Source of the DNA: a phage
DNA: 45,498 nucleotides
Assembly: GCA_016693855.1 (NCBI GenBank)
Contig: GCA_016693855.1_4844.1
Direction: 5' to 3' (one strand)
Under the pieces are notes generated by a model. The model had not been told where the DNA came from, did not search any database, and saw only the letters and a list, made by a program, of their open reading frames with translations. A program made the position numbers and the translations under genes. Positions 28,588-40,268 of this stretch are shown piece after piece. The first letter of the stretch is position 1, and every line of letters starts with the position of its first letter.

Positions 28588-29064
28588 ATGAACTGGAATG
28601 AACATTTCTCAATAAAATAAGATGGGTTGCACTGGAAGCGAGTTAAAACAAACAGGCAAAAGACGACAAAAGCTGGTTATGTAAGCAATAAAGATGGATA
28701 CGTAAGAGTTATGCTTGATAGTAAATGCTATCTTGCTCACCGTATCATCTGGGAAATGCATAACGGCCCAATACCAGATGGTGTGCAGATCGACCATATC
28801 AACCATATCCGCCATGACAACAGAATTGAAAACCTTAGATTGGTAAGTAATCAGGATAACCAGAAGAACACAAAGAGGAGCAGAAATAACAAATCTGGTG
28901 TAACTGGTGTTTGCTGGTACCCAGCATATGAGAAGTGGAGAGCGTACATCTGCATAGATGGAAAGCAAATAACTCTTGGGTATTTTTCAAGTATCAAGTC
29001 AGTAGCAACAGCAAGAAAGGAAGCTGAGCTAAGATATGACTTTCACAAGAACCACGGCGCTTGA
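28588..29064 (+). pseudogene. HNH-AP2 homing endonuclease interrupted by in-frame TAA at codon 11 (pseudogene, or expressed from downstream TTG 28627)
   Basis: ATG 28588 with GAGGG RBS; reads MNWNEHFSIK-TAA(28618-28620)-DGLHWKRVK…, which aligns with the intact N-terminus of the 24594 paralog (…DWNEVFEYIDGRLIWKIK…); downstream HNH (…IDHINHIRHDNRIENLRLV…) and AP2 regions are intact. Confidence 0.6.
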
Positions 29065-29074
29065 TGATATAATG

Positions 29075-31448
<2,374 letters not shown>

Positions 31449-31535
31449 GGGCTTTGGTTTATCTTATCAGCATGCACAGAACAAATATTATTATCGCATA
31501 GCACAATATCTCTACGACGCTGAATATTGTTTTAA

Positions 31536-31775
31536 TCATTTCCACGTTTCACTTTTAAATTGGTATCCGCCAGTGCATTCTCGGCATTGAAATTCAGTCC
31601 TTCCATCGCCATATGGGTCAATCATTCCGGTGCCATTACATTTAGGGCAAATTCGCGCATCACCATCAATAACAGCTTGATGAATCTTTGCCGCGCACTG
31701 GTCAGTAAACACATTGCCATCAGATGTCTTCCAGTGTGTTATAGCAATATTTATTTGCTCAGGAAACATAATCAA
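31536..31775 (-). CDS. small zinc-ribbon protein
   Basis: 79 aa; two CxxC pairs (…CPKCNGTG…CRECTGG…); last gene of a minus-strand operon. Confidence 0.45.
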   Translation of the reverse strand: MIMFPEQINIAITHWKTSDGNVFTDQCAAKIHQAVIDGDARICPKCNGTGMIDPYGDGRTEFQCRECTGGYQFKSETWK

Positions 31776-32383
31776 TCCTCCAGTTTCACGCCGGGAATCT
31801 TGCCTGCTGCGATGGCGTCGTAGATAATTTCGTATTCGCTATAAATCCAGTTGTTGCCCTCATCAGCCTCTCTCTGCATTGCCTCTATTGCTGCATCACG
31901 CTTCCCTCCCGCTTCGGATTGGAGTGGTCGGAATTCCCACATTTTTGAATCAAGAGCAGTTGATACTCCGTTACCCCAGAAACCAAACACATGACCGTCA
32001 CAAACAGCAACAACCTTGAATTTATTCCAGTCAACTTGTGAAAATTGCTTACTTTCACATTCGCACCCCACTGGCGGGACGCCTTCGCCGTTCCATGCTG
32101 GCTTTCGCGATAAGGCGAGTGCGGATTCGTATTGGTCACGGGTAACTATTGCTGAGTTGCAATCGTCTGCAATATCATTCTTTCCTTCGAAGAAAATCCA
32201 TTTGCTATTATCGTTGCGGTTATCGCTGTCAACAAACCACCATGACTTACCGCCATTTTTCACCGGCCCTCCAGTGAAAAAATAAAACTTGCTATCGTCA
32301 GCATCCTGAACCACTGACTCAGCACCTTCAGGCCACCCGCCACGCTTAGTTAATTCACGCAATAACAGGTCGATAAGTTTCAT
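31772..32383 (-). CDS. hypothetical protein
   Basis: 203 aa ORF, Trp/Gly-rich, ATGA-coupled to neighbours; no motif recognised. Confidence 0.5.
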   Translation of the reverse strand: MKLIDLLLRELTKRGGWPEGAESVVQDADDSKFYFFTGGPVKNGGKSWWFVDSDNRNDNSKWIFFEGKNDIADDCNSAIVTRDQYESALALSRKPAWNGEGVPPVGCECESKQFSQVDWNKFKVVAVCDGHVFGFWGNGVSTALDSKMWEFRPLQSEAGGKRDAAIEAMQREADEGNNWIYSEYEIIYDAIAAGKIPGVKLED

Positions 32384-32604
32384 TTTGTTTCTCCATCAAA
32401 AAGGATTTCTTTGTATTCATCACTAACTTCATATGCCTTATTTAGTTCGAATACCTCATATGAGTTTTGACCACCTTCGCGCCATGAGTGTTTGTCATTT
32501 AGCTTTGCTGCAACATCATCAGCTTCATGCTTGTGCGGATAAACAGCAACGACATTTGATGAGACGCCGCATTCGATACAACCAACATTAAATACAAGCC
32601 ACAT
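32380..32604 (-). CDS. hypothetical protein
   Basis: 74 aa ORF with CxxC (…GCIECG…). Confidence 0.4.
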   Translation of the reverse strand: MWLVFNVGCIECGVSSNVVAVYPHKHEADDVAAKLNDKHSWREGGQNSYEVFELNKAYEVSDEYKEILFDGETK

Positions 32605-32606
32605 AA

Positions 32607-32891
32607 TTATTCTCCCAATGCCTTATTAACTGCTGCACGCGCATTATCCAGGGCACGACGCTTGCTTGATGTGGTCCAGACTTTGCCGGAGTGGTCGTCG
32701 TAGATTTCCAGTAGTTTCTGGAGTGCTGATAACAGGTCAGGAGATGCCGCAAGTAAAAACCCATTAGCATCTGCCGTCGATTCATCAAGCCATGATGTGA
32801 CAGTGCAAATGTGTCCATCCCTGTCACCTTCATAAACATTAAATGTCTCATCAAAAAACCACGGCCCCGGCGTACCTTTAAATTCTTCCAT
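32607..32891 (-). CDS. hypothetical protein, paralog of 44205-44531 (FKGTxGPW family)
   Basis: Start taken as ATG 32891 (GAGG RBS 8 nt upstream): MEEFKGTPGPW…LLAASPDLLSALQKLL…; shares N- and C-terminal motifs with the ORF at 44205-44531. Confidence 0.5.
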   Translation of the reverse strand: MEEFKGTPGPWFFDETFNVYEGDRDGHICTVTSWLDESTADANGFLLAASPDLLSALQKLLEIYDDHSGKVWTTSSKRRALDNARAAVNKALGE

Positions 32892-33051
32892 CACCAACCT
32901 CACTTAATATATTCAATAATTTCGCATTCACGCATCTGCACCAGACCAAATGGCGCAACAACCTTGCCGCACGGACGTCAAGGTTGAACACTCCGCAGCG
33001 TCCGTTTTCTTTGAATTTGACCATTACCATGACTTATCCCTCGCTAATAAC

Positions 33052-33109
33052 TTGATGTAGATACTATGCACCACCACTCAATCTACGTCAATAGTCATTG
33101 TGATAGAAT
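33052..33109. promoter_or_regulatory. divergent promoter region with inverted motif pair TTGATGTAGATA ... AATCTACGTCAA and extended -10 TGATAGAAT
   Basis: TTGATGTAGATA at 33052-33063 and AATCTACGTCAA at 33080-33091 form an inverted pair; TGATAGAAT at 33101-33109 precedes the lysis operon; on the minus strand TTGACGTAGATT-N-CATAGT could serve the leftward operon. Confidence 0.5.
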
Positions 33110-33135
33110 TAATCATTATTTGAACAGGAGGCAGG

Positions 33136-33414
33136 ATGAAACTATCGCAACGCGGCATGGAGACGCTTGGAATCGCCGATGCAGTGGATATATCGCCTTA
33201 CATCACCACCGAGACAACACAAAATCAGTTTGATGCACTGACAAGCCTCGCCGCCGACATTGGCATTGACACTTTCCGCAAATCAACGCTTCTGAAGAAA
33301 CACAATCTCCGCTGCTTCTCATGTGTCGCCGCGCATTTCATCGTGTGGGGCGAGAAGACTGGCGACAAAGTAAAACGCAAAGCTGAAAAAGAGGTTTACT
33401 GGTATGGCTATTAG
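33136..33414 (+). CDS. lysozyme-like protein with internal deletion of catalytic region (possible remnant)
   Basis: 92 aa; C-terminal half (…TQNQFDALTSLAADIGIDTFRKSTLLKKHNL…FIVWGEKTG…) aligns with the C-terminal lobe of P22 gp19/T4-type lysozymes as I recall them, but ~55 residues including the catalytic Glu/Asp region appear absent. Confidence 0.45.
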   Translation: MKLSQRGMETLGIADAVDISPYITTETTQNQFDALTSLAADIGIDTFRKSTLLKKHNLRCFSCVAAHFIVWGEKTGDKVKRKAEKEVYWYGY

Positions 33415-33868
33415 CAAAAACATGAAGGCGTTTCTGGATATGCTGGCGTACAGTGAAGGCACGGATAACGGGCGACAGAAAACCAATAATCATGGTTATG
33501 ATGTGATTGTTGGCGGCTCGCTGTTTACTGACTATTCCGACCACCCACGCAAGCTGATTAGCCTGCCTAAGCTGGGCATCAAATCCACCGCCGCCGGGCG
33601 CTATCAGGTACTGGCTAAGTTTTATGACGCGTACAAAAAGCAATTGCGTTTACCGGATTTCTCCCCCACATCGCAGGACGCTATTGCAATGCAGCTAATC
33701 CGTGAATGCAAAGCCACTGCCGACATCGAGGCTGGTCGCGTTGCCGATGCCATTCATAAATGCCGTTCACGCTGGGCTTCGTTGCCTGGCGCTGGCTATG
33801 GTCAGCATGAGCAGAAGCTGGATAAGCTGATTCAGGTGTACAATGATGCTGGCGGAGTTGTGGCATGA
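33404..33868 (+). CDS. R: endolysin, lambda R-type lytic transglycosylase
   Basis: 154 aa; near-identical motif blocks to phage lambda R as recalled: …KAFLDMLAYSEGTDNGRQKT.NHGYDVIVGG.LFTDYSDHPRKL… and …WASLPGAGYGQ.E.K…; followed by holin-like and Rz/Rz1 genes. Confidence 0.9.
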   Translation: MAISKNMKAFLDMLAYSEGTDNGRQKTNNHGYDVIVGGSLFTDYSDHPRKLISLPKLGIKSTAAGRYQVLAKFYDAYKKQLRLPDFSPTSQDAIAMQLIRECKATADIEAGRVADAIHKCRSRWASLPGAGYGQHEQKLDKLIQVYNDAGGVVA

Positions 33869-34104
33869 AAAAGCTAAGCAACTGGCTGCTCGCCGCGTGG
33901 ATTTCGTTCTGCTCACTGTTGCAGCTGTGGCCTGATGCAATGATGCATGTGTGGGTAATGATGCCTGATGACCTGAAAGCGGCGCTACCGCCAATCGTGG
34001 TTAAAGGTGTGAGCTACTCAATCATGCTTGTTGGCATCCTCGGCAAAATGCACGGCATGAGGAAGGAAAACCGGAGGCTGCGCGATGATGTCGATTCTCG
34101 CTAA
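33865..34104 (+). CDS. holin-like small membrane protein (putative)
   Basis: 79 aa, two hydrophobic helices (…LSNWLLAAWISFCSLLQLW…, …VSYSIMLVGILG…) and charged C-terminus; ATGA overlap with endolysin stop; located inside the lysis cassette. Confidence 0.4.
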   Translation: MKKLSNWLLAAWISFCSLLQLWPDAMMHVWVMMPDDLKAALPPIVVKGVSYSIMLVGILGKMHGMRKENRRLRDDVDSR

Positions 34105-34576
34105 ATACTGGCGACCGCTGGCAATTATTATAATTGTTGCTGTTGGTGCGCTGTGGGCATCCAATAAAGTGTCCAGTTACGGCGATCAGCAATATGCCGC
34201 TGGATATGCAAAGGCCGTCGCAGAGCAGAAGGCAGCAGACAAAAAAGAGGAGCAACGACGCAATGCAGAACTGCAAAAGATTCAGGCCGAGGCACAGCAA
34301 AGGATTGATGCTGCGCGTAATGATGCTGTCAATGCTGCTGCTAAGTCTGGCAGGCTGCAGCAACAACTCGCAAATATCCGCAAGCAGCTCGTCGGATACT
34401 CCACCACTGAGTCCATTGGCAATCCAGCCGCAGAAACCGGAGTTTTGCTTGCCCAGCTGCTCTCAGAGTCTGTCGAAAGAAATCGACAACTGGCAGATTA
34501 CGCTGACAGGGCAAGGGAGGCGGGATTAGCGTGCGAGGCGCAGTACAATTCTCTGCGTAATAAAAAAGCCCCATAA
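34085..34576 (+). CDS. Rz: i-spanin (Rz-like)
   Basis: 163 aa; N-terminal TM helix, long coiled-coil-like Ala/Gln/Lys/Glu-rich periplasmic region; contains an embedded +1-frame lipoprotein ORF; follows endolysin. Confidence 0.7.
   Translation: MMSILAKYWRPLAIIIIVAVGALWASNKVSSYGDQQYAAGYAKAVAEQKAADKKEEQRRNAELQKIQAEAQQRIDAARNDAVNAAAKSGRLQQQLANIRKQLVGYSTTESIGNPAAETGVLLAQLLSESVERNRQLADYADRAREAGLACEAQYNSLRNKKAP
34308..34529 (+). CDS. Rz1: o-spanin (Rz1-like lipoprotein) embedded in Rz
   Basis: ATG 34308 in alternative frame inside Rz: MLRVMMLSMLLLSLAGC… with lipobox L-A-G-C and Pro-rich mature region (…DTPPLSPLAIQPQKPEFCLP…). Confidence 0.65.
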   Translation: MLRVMMLSMLLLSLAGCSNNSQISASSSSDTPPLSPLAIQPQKPEFCLPSCSQSLSKEIDNWQITLTGQGRRD

Positions 34577-34592
34577 TGGGGCTTGTGTTTAA
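34561..34592. terminator. bidirectional intrinsic terminator
   Basis: aaaaaAGCCCCataatGGGGCTtgtgttt right after the Rz stop. Confidence 0.8.
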
Positions 34593-34715
34593 TTGGTTTG
34601 CTCAGACTCTTCTCGCCGCTTCCACATCTGCTTCAGCTGGAAATAAATATACGCCTCATCGCCATCTTTCGCATTGCGCTCCATTTATTCACACCATGCG
34701 GATGGTTTTGGTGGC

Positions 34716-35024
34716 TCACTCCGCTGGCAATGTTGCTGGCTCATCAATAGATTCCTCAGTCGCAGCTTCAACGATGCGCACCAGCGAACACTCAAGATTC
34801 GGTGCATTGTAATTACCCGCCAGAAACAGAACGCTACCAGTGCTAATCAGCACCTGCTTTGCATTTGCTTGTGACAGGTTCTGTACGATGAATTGCGCTG
34901 TTTCGGTGCCGATTTTCAGCACTGCGCTGCCGTCACTGTTCAGTGATACCAGTTGCGCGGATGTGTCAGCAATATTGGTAAAGTTCGCGTTTCGTTGCGC
35001 GATTGTGATGTCGCAGAATGACAT
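34716..35024 (-). CDS. hypothetical protein
   Basis: 102 aa, last gene of a 3-gene minus-strand operon; no motif recognised. Confidence 0.4.
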   Translation of the reverse strand: MSFCDITIAQRNANFTNIADTSAQLVSLNSDGSAVLKIGTETAQFIVQNLSQANAKQVLISTGSVLFLAGNYNAPNLECSLVRIVEAATEESIDEPATLPAE

Positions 35025-35503
35025 TATTTAATCTCTCCGTTCAGTTCATTAACAATTAACGTCGCATAGCCAGCAATATCTTTCCAGCTATCGTCATATG
35101 TCGGGTTGCCATTCAGGATTCGCCCAATCTTGTGCTGAATCATGTCGAGCGCCTCGCGTTGGCTTGGCGTAAGATTATGCCACCCATCCACCTCGCGCAT
35201 CACATCTTTCAGCTCCTGCATCATTTCAGCACCGTCTTTGAATTTACCATATCGGCTACCGCGTTCGGTGATGAGTCGCTCTGTTGTGTCAGCCTCCGGT
35301 GCGCCAATGCAATCATTCAAATCATCCTCATCGGTGGCTGGTTCACGAAGTGCCACCAAATCAAATAACTCCGCCTTGATGATTTCCGGCTTGGCAGTCC
35401 AGACAGGATGTCCGCATTCCTTATGCAAATACTTATGCGTAGCCTCAGCGTGACCACCAACAAAATCCTTCTCGCAACCTTTTATGTATTTCCACTTTTT
35501 CAT
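35024..35503 (-). CDS. hypothetical protein (weak resemblance to phage nucleotide pyrophosphohydrolase-associated domains)
   Basis: 159 aa; …ERGSRYGKFKDGAEMMQELKDV… and …DSWKDIAGYATLI… are patterns I associate loosely with MazG-related phage proteins; unverified. Confidence 0.4.
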   Translation of the reverse strand: MKKWKYIKGCEKDFVGGHAEATHKYLHKECGHPVWTAKPEIIKAELFDLVALREPATDEDDLNDCIGAPEADTTERLITERGSRYGKFKDGAEMMQELKDVMREVDGWHNLTPSQREALDMIQHKIGRILNGNPTYDDSWKDIAGYATLIVNELNGEIK

Positions 35504-35694
35504 TTCATTGTCACCAGATTATTTTCATCAACATTAAAATTCTCCCGAATCAAATCATACATCTCATCCTTTGGCATATCAGCCAGCGCCACATAGCAAC
35601 GGGCAAAGTAGCGAACATCACGGAGTGTCAGCGGCTGCCTCTTCTCCACAATGCTGGTGATAATGTCCATCGGCTCTCGTCGTGGTCTTGGCAT
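35500..35694 (-). CDS. hypothetical protein
   Basis: 64 aa ORF, first gene of leftward operon from the 35722-35766 promoter region. Confidence 0.4.
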   Translation of the reverse strand: MPRPRREPMDIITSIVEKRQPLTLRDVRYFARCYVALADMPKDEMYDLIRENFNVDENNLVTMK

Positions 35695-35721
35695 ATTTAC
35701 TACTCCTTCTCTAAAAACATC

Positions 35722-35766
35722 TTGACGTTTCTACATCACTTAGTCAATACTTATTGACGTAGATTG
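35722..35766. promoter_or_regulatory. divergent promoter region with TTGACG / TCTACATCA / TTGACGTAGATT motif copies
   Basis: TTGACG 35722-35727, TTTCTACATCA 35728-35738, TTGACGTAGATT 35755-35766; lies between divergent operons (35694 leftward, 35794 rightward). Confidence 0.5.
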
Positions 35767-35793
35767 TACCATAACGGAAAAGGTGATGTGGAA

Positions 35794-35991
35794 ATGCGAT
35801 ACAAAGAAATAGCGGCGAGGTATCAGAAAGAGGTGCGCGAGGTTATGGAAATCCTTAACGTTCGCGAGGATGCCATTAAGTATGTGGAAACTGCCATGTG
35901 TTCACTTGCGCTTGAGGCGGAGGTTGCAGGTCGTGAAAAGGCTGACGAACTTATATCTGCGGTGGTTTATAGTTCAACCAGTAACGGTTGA
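35794..35991 (+). CDS. hypothetical protein
   Basis: 65 aa from ATG 35794 (AGGTGA RBS); first gene of rightward small-gene operon. Confidence 0.35.
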   Translation: MRYKEIAARYQKEVREVMEILNVREDAIKYVETAMCSLALEAEVAGREKADELISAVVYSSTSNG

Positions 35992-36051
35992 GGATGAAGG
36001 TTATCTGTGCGTTGAGCACGTTGTTATTAAATTCTACGGGAGAAATTATAA

Positions 36052-36246
36052 ATGGCGCATGACGAACTGTACGAGCAATCGTTAATCCAGCGACTGAATG
36101 AAGTTGAGCGCACTCGCGAATGGCTTGAGTGCGAACTTCGTGAAGTGCGCAACCGACTGCAACGCAAGCGCAGTCAGCAAAGAGACGTTATCGACTGGTC
36201 TGGTGATACGCCTAAATTTAACAACTTAGGGGAGTGGTTAAAATGA
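36052..36246 (+). CDS. hypothetical protein
   Basis: 64 aa, Arg/Glu-rich helical (…LNEVERTREWLECELREVRNRLQRKRSQQ…). Confidence 0.4.
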   Translation: MAHDELYEQSLIQRLNEVERTREWLECELREVRNRLQRKRSQQRDVIDWSGDTPKFNNLGEWLK

Positions 36247-36464
36247 GAAAGTTCAGCACGTTAGTTGACTTGATTCTCGCTGACATCAGAGAGTCCAACG
36301 CCAGAAACAAGAAGTCAAGAAATCAGCGGCAGGATATTACATTTCGCACACTGCTTAAACAATCTATGCTCAGCAAAAAGGAATGGAGGTACAGGCGCGA
36401 CCGAGTTCTGATAAGACTGTGCAAGTTAAACATGAATAAGATACTTAAGGATATGGCAAAATGA
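36234..36464 (+). CDS. hypothetical protein
   Basis: 76 aa basic protein, overlapping coupling with neighbours. Confidence 0.35.
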   Translation: MVKMRKFSTLVDLILADIRESNARNKKSRNQRQDITFRTLLKQSMLSKKEWRYRRDRVLIRLCKLNMNKILKDMAK

Positions 36465-36712
36465 GCGCACCACATATGCCAATGATGAATGACGAAATGC
36501 TGCTTGAGTGTCCGTTTTGTGGAGATACTCATGCGTATATAGATAATGATGGCCCTGGCGCGTTTTATGTCGCTTGCTCGCAGTGTGGGTGTGGTACTGA
36601 TGAGTGTCCTCATCAAGCATCAGCAGTGAGGTCATGGAATACCCGAAACGGACACCTCTACACGGCAGACGACTTCAATCAGGCAGCAGAGGAGCGCGAT
36701 TATGGATTATAA
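36461..36712 (+). CDS. Lar-family-like restriction alleviation zinc-ribbon protein (tentative)
   Basis: 83 aa; …CPFCGDTHAYIDNDGPGAFYVACSQCGCGTDEC… two Cys pairs with spacing recalled for Lar-type small proteins of Rac-like prophages. Confidence 0.45.
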   Translation: MSAPHMPMMNDEMLLECPFCGDTHAYIDNDGPGAFYVACSQCGCGTDECPHQASAVRSWNTRNGHLYTADDFNQAAEERDYGL

Positions 36713-37190
36713 ATCACAAATCATGCGCGTGATTGTCAATCATCCTGGTGCAACTCGTGCATATATTGAGAAGCATTGCGGCGGAAAGCATTCAAGCACC
36801 ACAACGCATCGTCTACATGAGATGCTTGCTCTTGGCTTTATTCGCCGCGAGAAGTCCGTGATTCGTGGCGGTAAGTGGCAGTATAAATATTTCATCTCTG
36901 ATGATGCAGCAGGTATTGACGATGCGATTAAGTGCCATTTGCTTGATAACGCTGGCGCAGAGGTGAAAGAAATCAGCGCCGCCACTGGCATTGAGTACCG
37001 AATCGTGAAAAGCCGCATCCGCATTATGTTTCATAACGGTGATGTGACGAGAATCTATGACCACCACAAGAAACTGTGGCGTTACTCATGGCATGAGCAG
37101 GAAGTAAACGTGAGCAAACTGTTTAATTCACTCCTTCGCAACGCAAGAGGTCATCATGGGAAAAGCGAAACGCAAGAAACAAGAGTATGA
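36702..37190 (+). CDS. hypothetical protein (possible winged-helix DNA-binding)
   Basis: 162 aa; two segments with helix-turn-helix-like character (…ATRAYIEKHCGG…LHEMLALGFIRRE…); low certainty. Confidence 0.4.
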   Translation: MDYKSQIMRVIVNHPGATRAYIEKHCGGKHSSTTTHRLHEMLALGFIRREKSVIRGGKWQYKYFISDDAAGIDDAIKCHLLDNAGAEVKEISAATGIEYRIVKSRIRIMFHNGDVTRIYDHHKKLWRYSWHEQEVNVSKLFNSLLRNARGHHGKSETQETRV

Positions 37191-37315
37191 GCCATTGCCG
37201 CCATGCGAAATATCAGGAATCCCGCAACAGGAGGATGTAATTCTCACCGAAGCTGAGTGGCGCAAGGTGGCAAGAGTGCAAATCATGTTCCGCAAACTTG
37301 CTGAGGACGTACTAA

Positions 37316-37726
37316 ATGAGATGGGCTATTAAGCATAAATCCGGCAGAACTCTGTTTGTAACATCAGATGAGTTTATTGCCAATAACCGTAGAGAGATGG
37401 GCTGGATAGTGGAGGAAGTGAAGATGACAAGCAGAGAGCTGTTTGAAGAAGAAATGAGCGATAAATATGAGTGGTTCAGTGATGCGATCGCTTGTGCTGA
37501 TTTTTGCGGTGACGATGATGATGGCTACTATGTTGGCGGCGACTATATCTATCATGGAACTTCATGTTCAGAGGCTTTGTTCTGGTTATGGCGAGGATGG
37601 CAGGCATCGCGCGCAGCAATTGAGATTGAATTGCCAGAGGAAGAAAGTTTGGGATGCCACGCTATTTACTATGCAGAAGATGTTGTTGAGGCAATTGAAC
37701 AAGCAGGATTAAAGGTGAAAAAATGA
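37316..37726 (+). CDS. hypothetical protein
   Basis: 136 aa acidic ORF; a 58-aa ORF (37157-37333) precedes it. Confidence 0.45.
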   Translation: MRWAIKHKSGRTLFVTSDEFIANNRREMGWIVEEVKMTSRELFEEEMSDKYEWFSDAIACADFCGDDDDGYYVGGDYIYHGTSCSEALFWLWRGWQASRAAIEIELPEEESLGCHAIYYAEDVVEAIEQAGLKVKK

Positions 37727-38049
37727 TTATCCAGTTAAACGACATTATGAAAGCAGACATCATTCAGCTTGAGGATTATGATATGCAACTGGCGTTTGAA
37801 ATCGAAACTGTCGAGCGCCAACTGCAATATGCAGACAAGAAGAATGACCGCGTCTGGCACGAGAAAGCACTTAAGGCGCGTGACCACATGAAGCGCACAC
37901 GAGCACTTATCAAAACGCGACTTGATAAGCTGTATTTTGGCGAGGAAAGAATGATCCACGGGGCTATATTGGCACAAATCCGTAAGGAAATGCCTATTGG
38001 CAAGTTTATGTCATACGTGCACCGGGCAAAACAGGAGGCTGGGTTATGA
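37723..38049 (+). CDS. hypothetical protein
   Basis: 108 aa helical charged ORF, ATGA-coupled; followed by two tiny hydrophobic ORFs (38046-38192, 38248-38370). Confidence 0.45.
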   Translation: MIIQLNDIMKADIIQLEDYDMQLAFEIETVERQLQYADKKNDRVWHEKALKARDHMKRTRALIKTRLDKLYFGEERMIHGAILAQIRKEMPIGKFMSYVHRAKQEAGL

Positions 38050-38386
38050 TTCCATTACTGTGGATATTATCAGCCTACGCATTCGCGAGAGTATTTGAGG
38101 CTGACACTCTGTATCAGATGATTTGCTATGGCGCTCTGTTCTGCCTGTCAGGTGCTGCACTTACATTTATGGATGATGTAATTTCAGACTAACACCGTAT
38201 ATGTTTTGTTCATCATGGGCTGCTATCATTTAATCAGGAGGTAGCCCATGAACATAATCCCTATCACTTTCTTTCTCACACTCTACGCACTCACCAATTC
38301 GCCATTGTTTGCACTGGCTACCGCCTCATGGTGCTATATCTCCCTGTGTTATAATTCGACCACAAACTAACCGTGGAGAGTTAACC

Positions 38387-40266
<1,880 letters not shown>

Positions 40267-40268
40267 TA

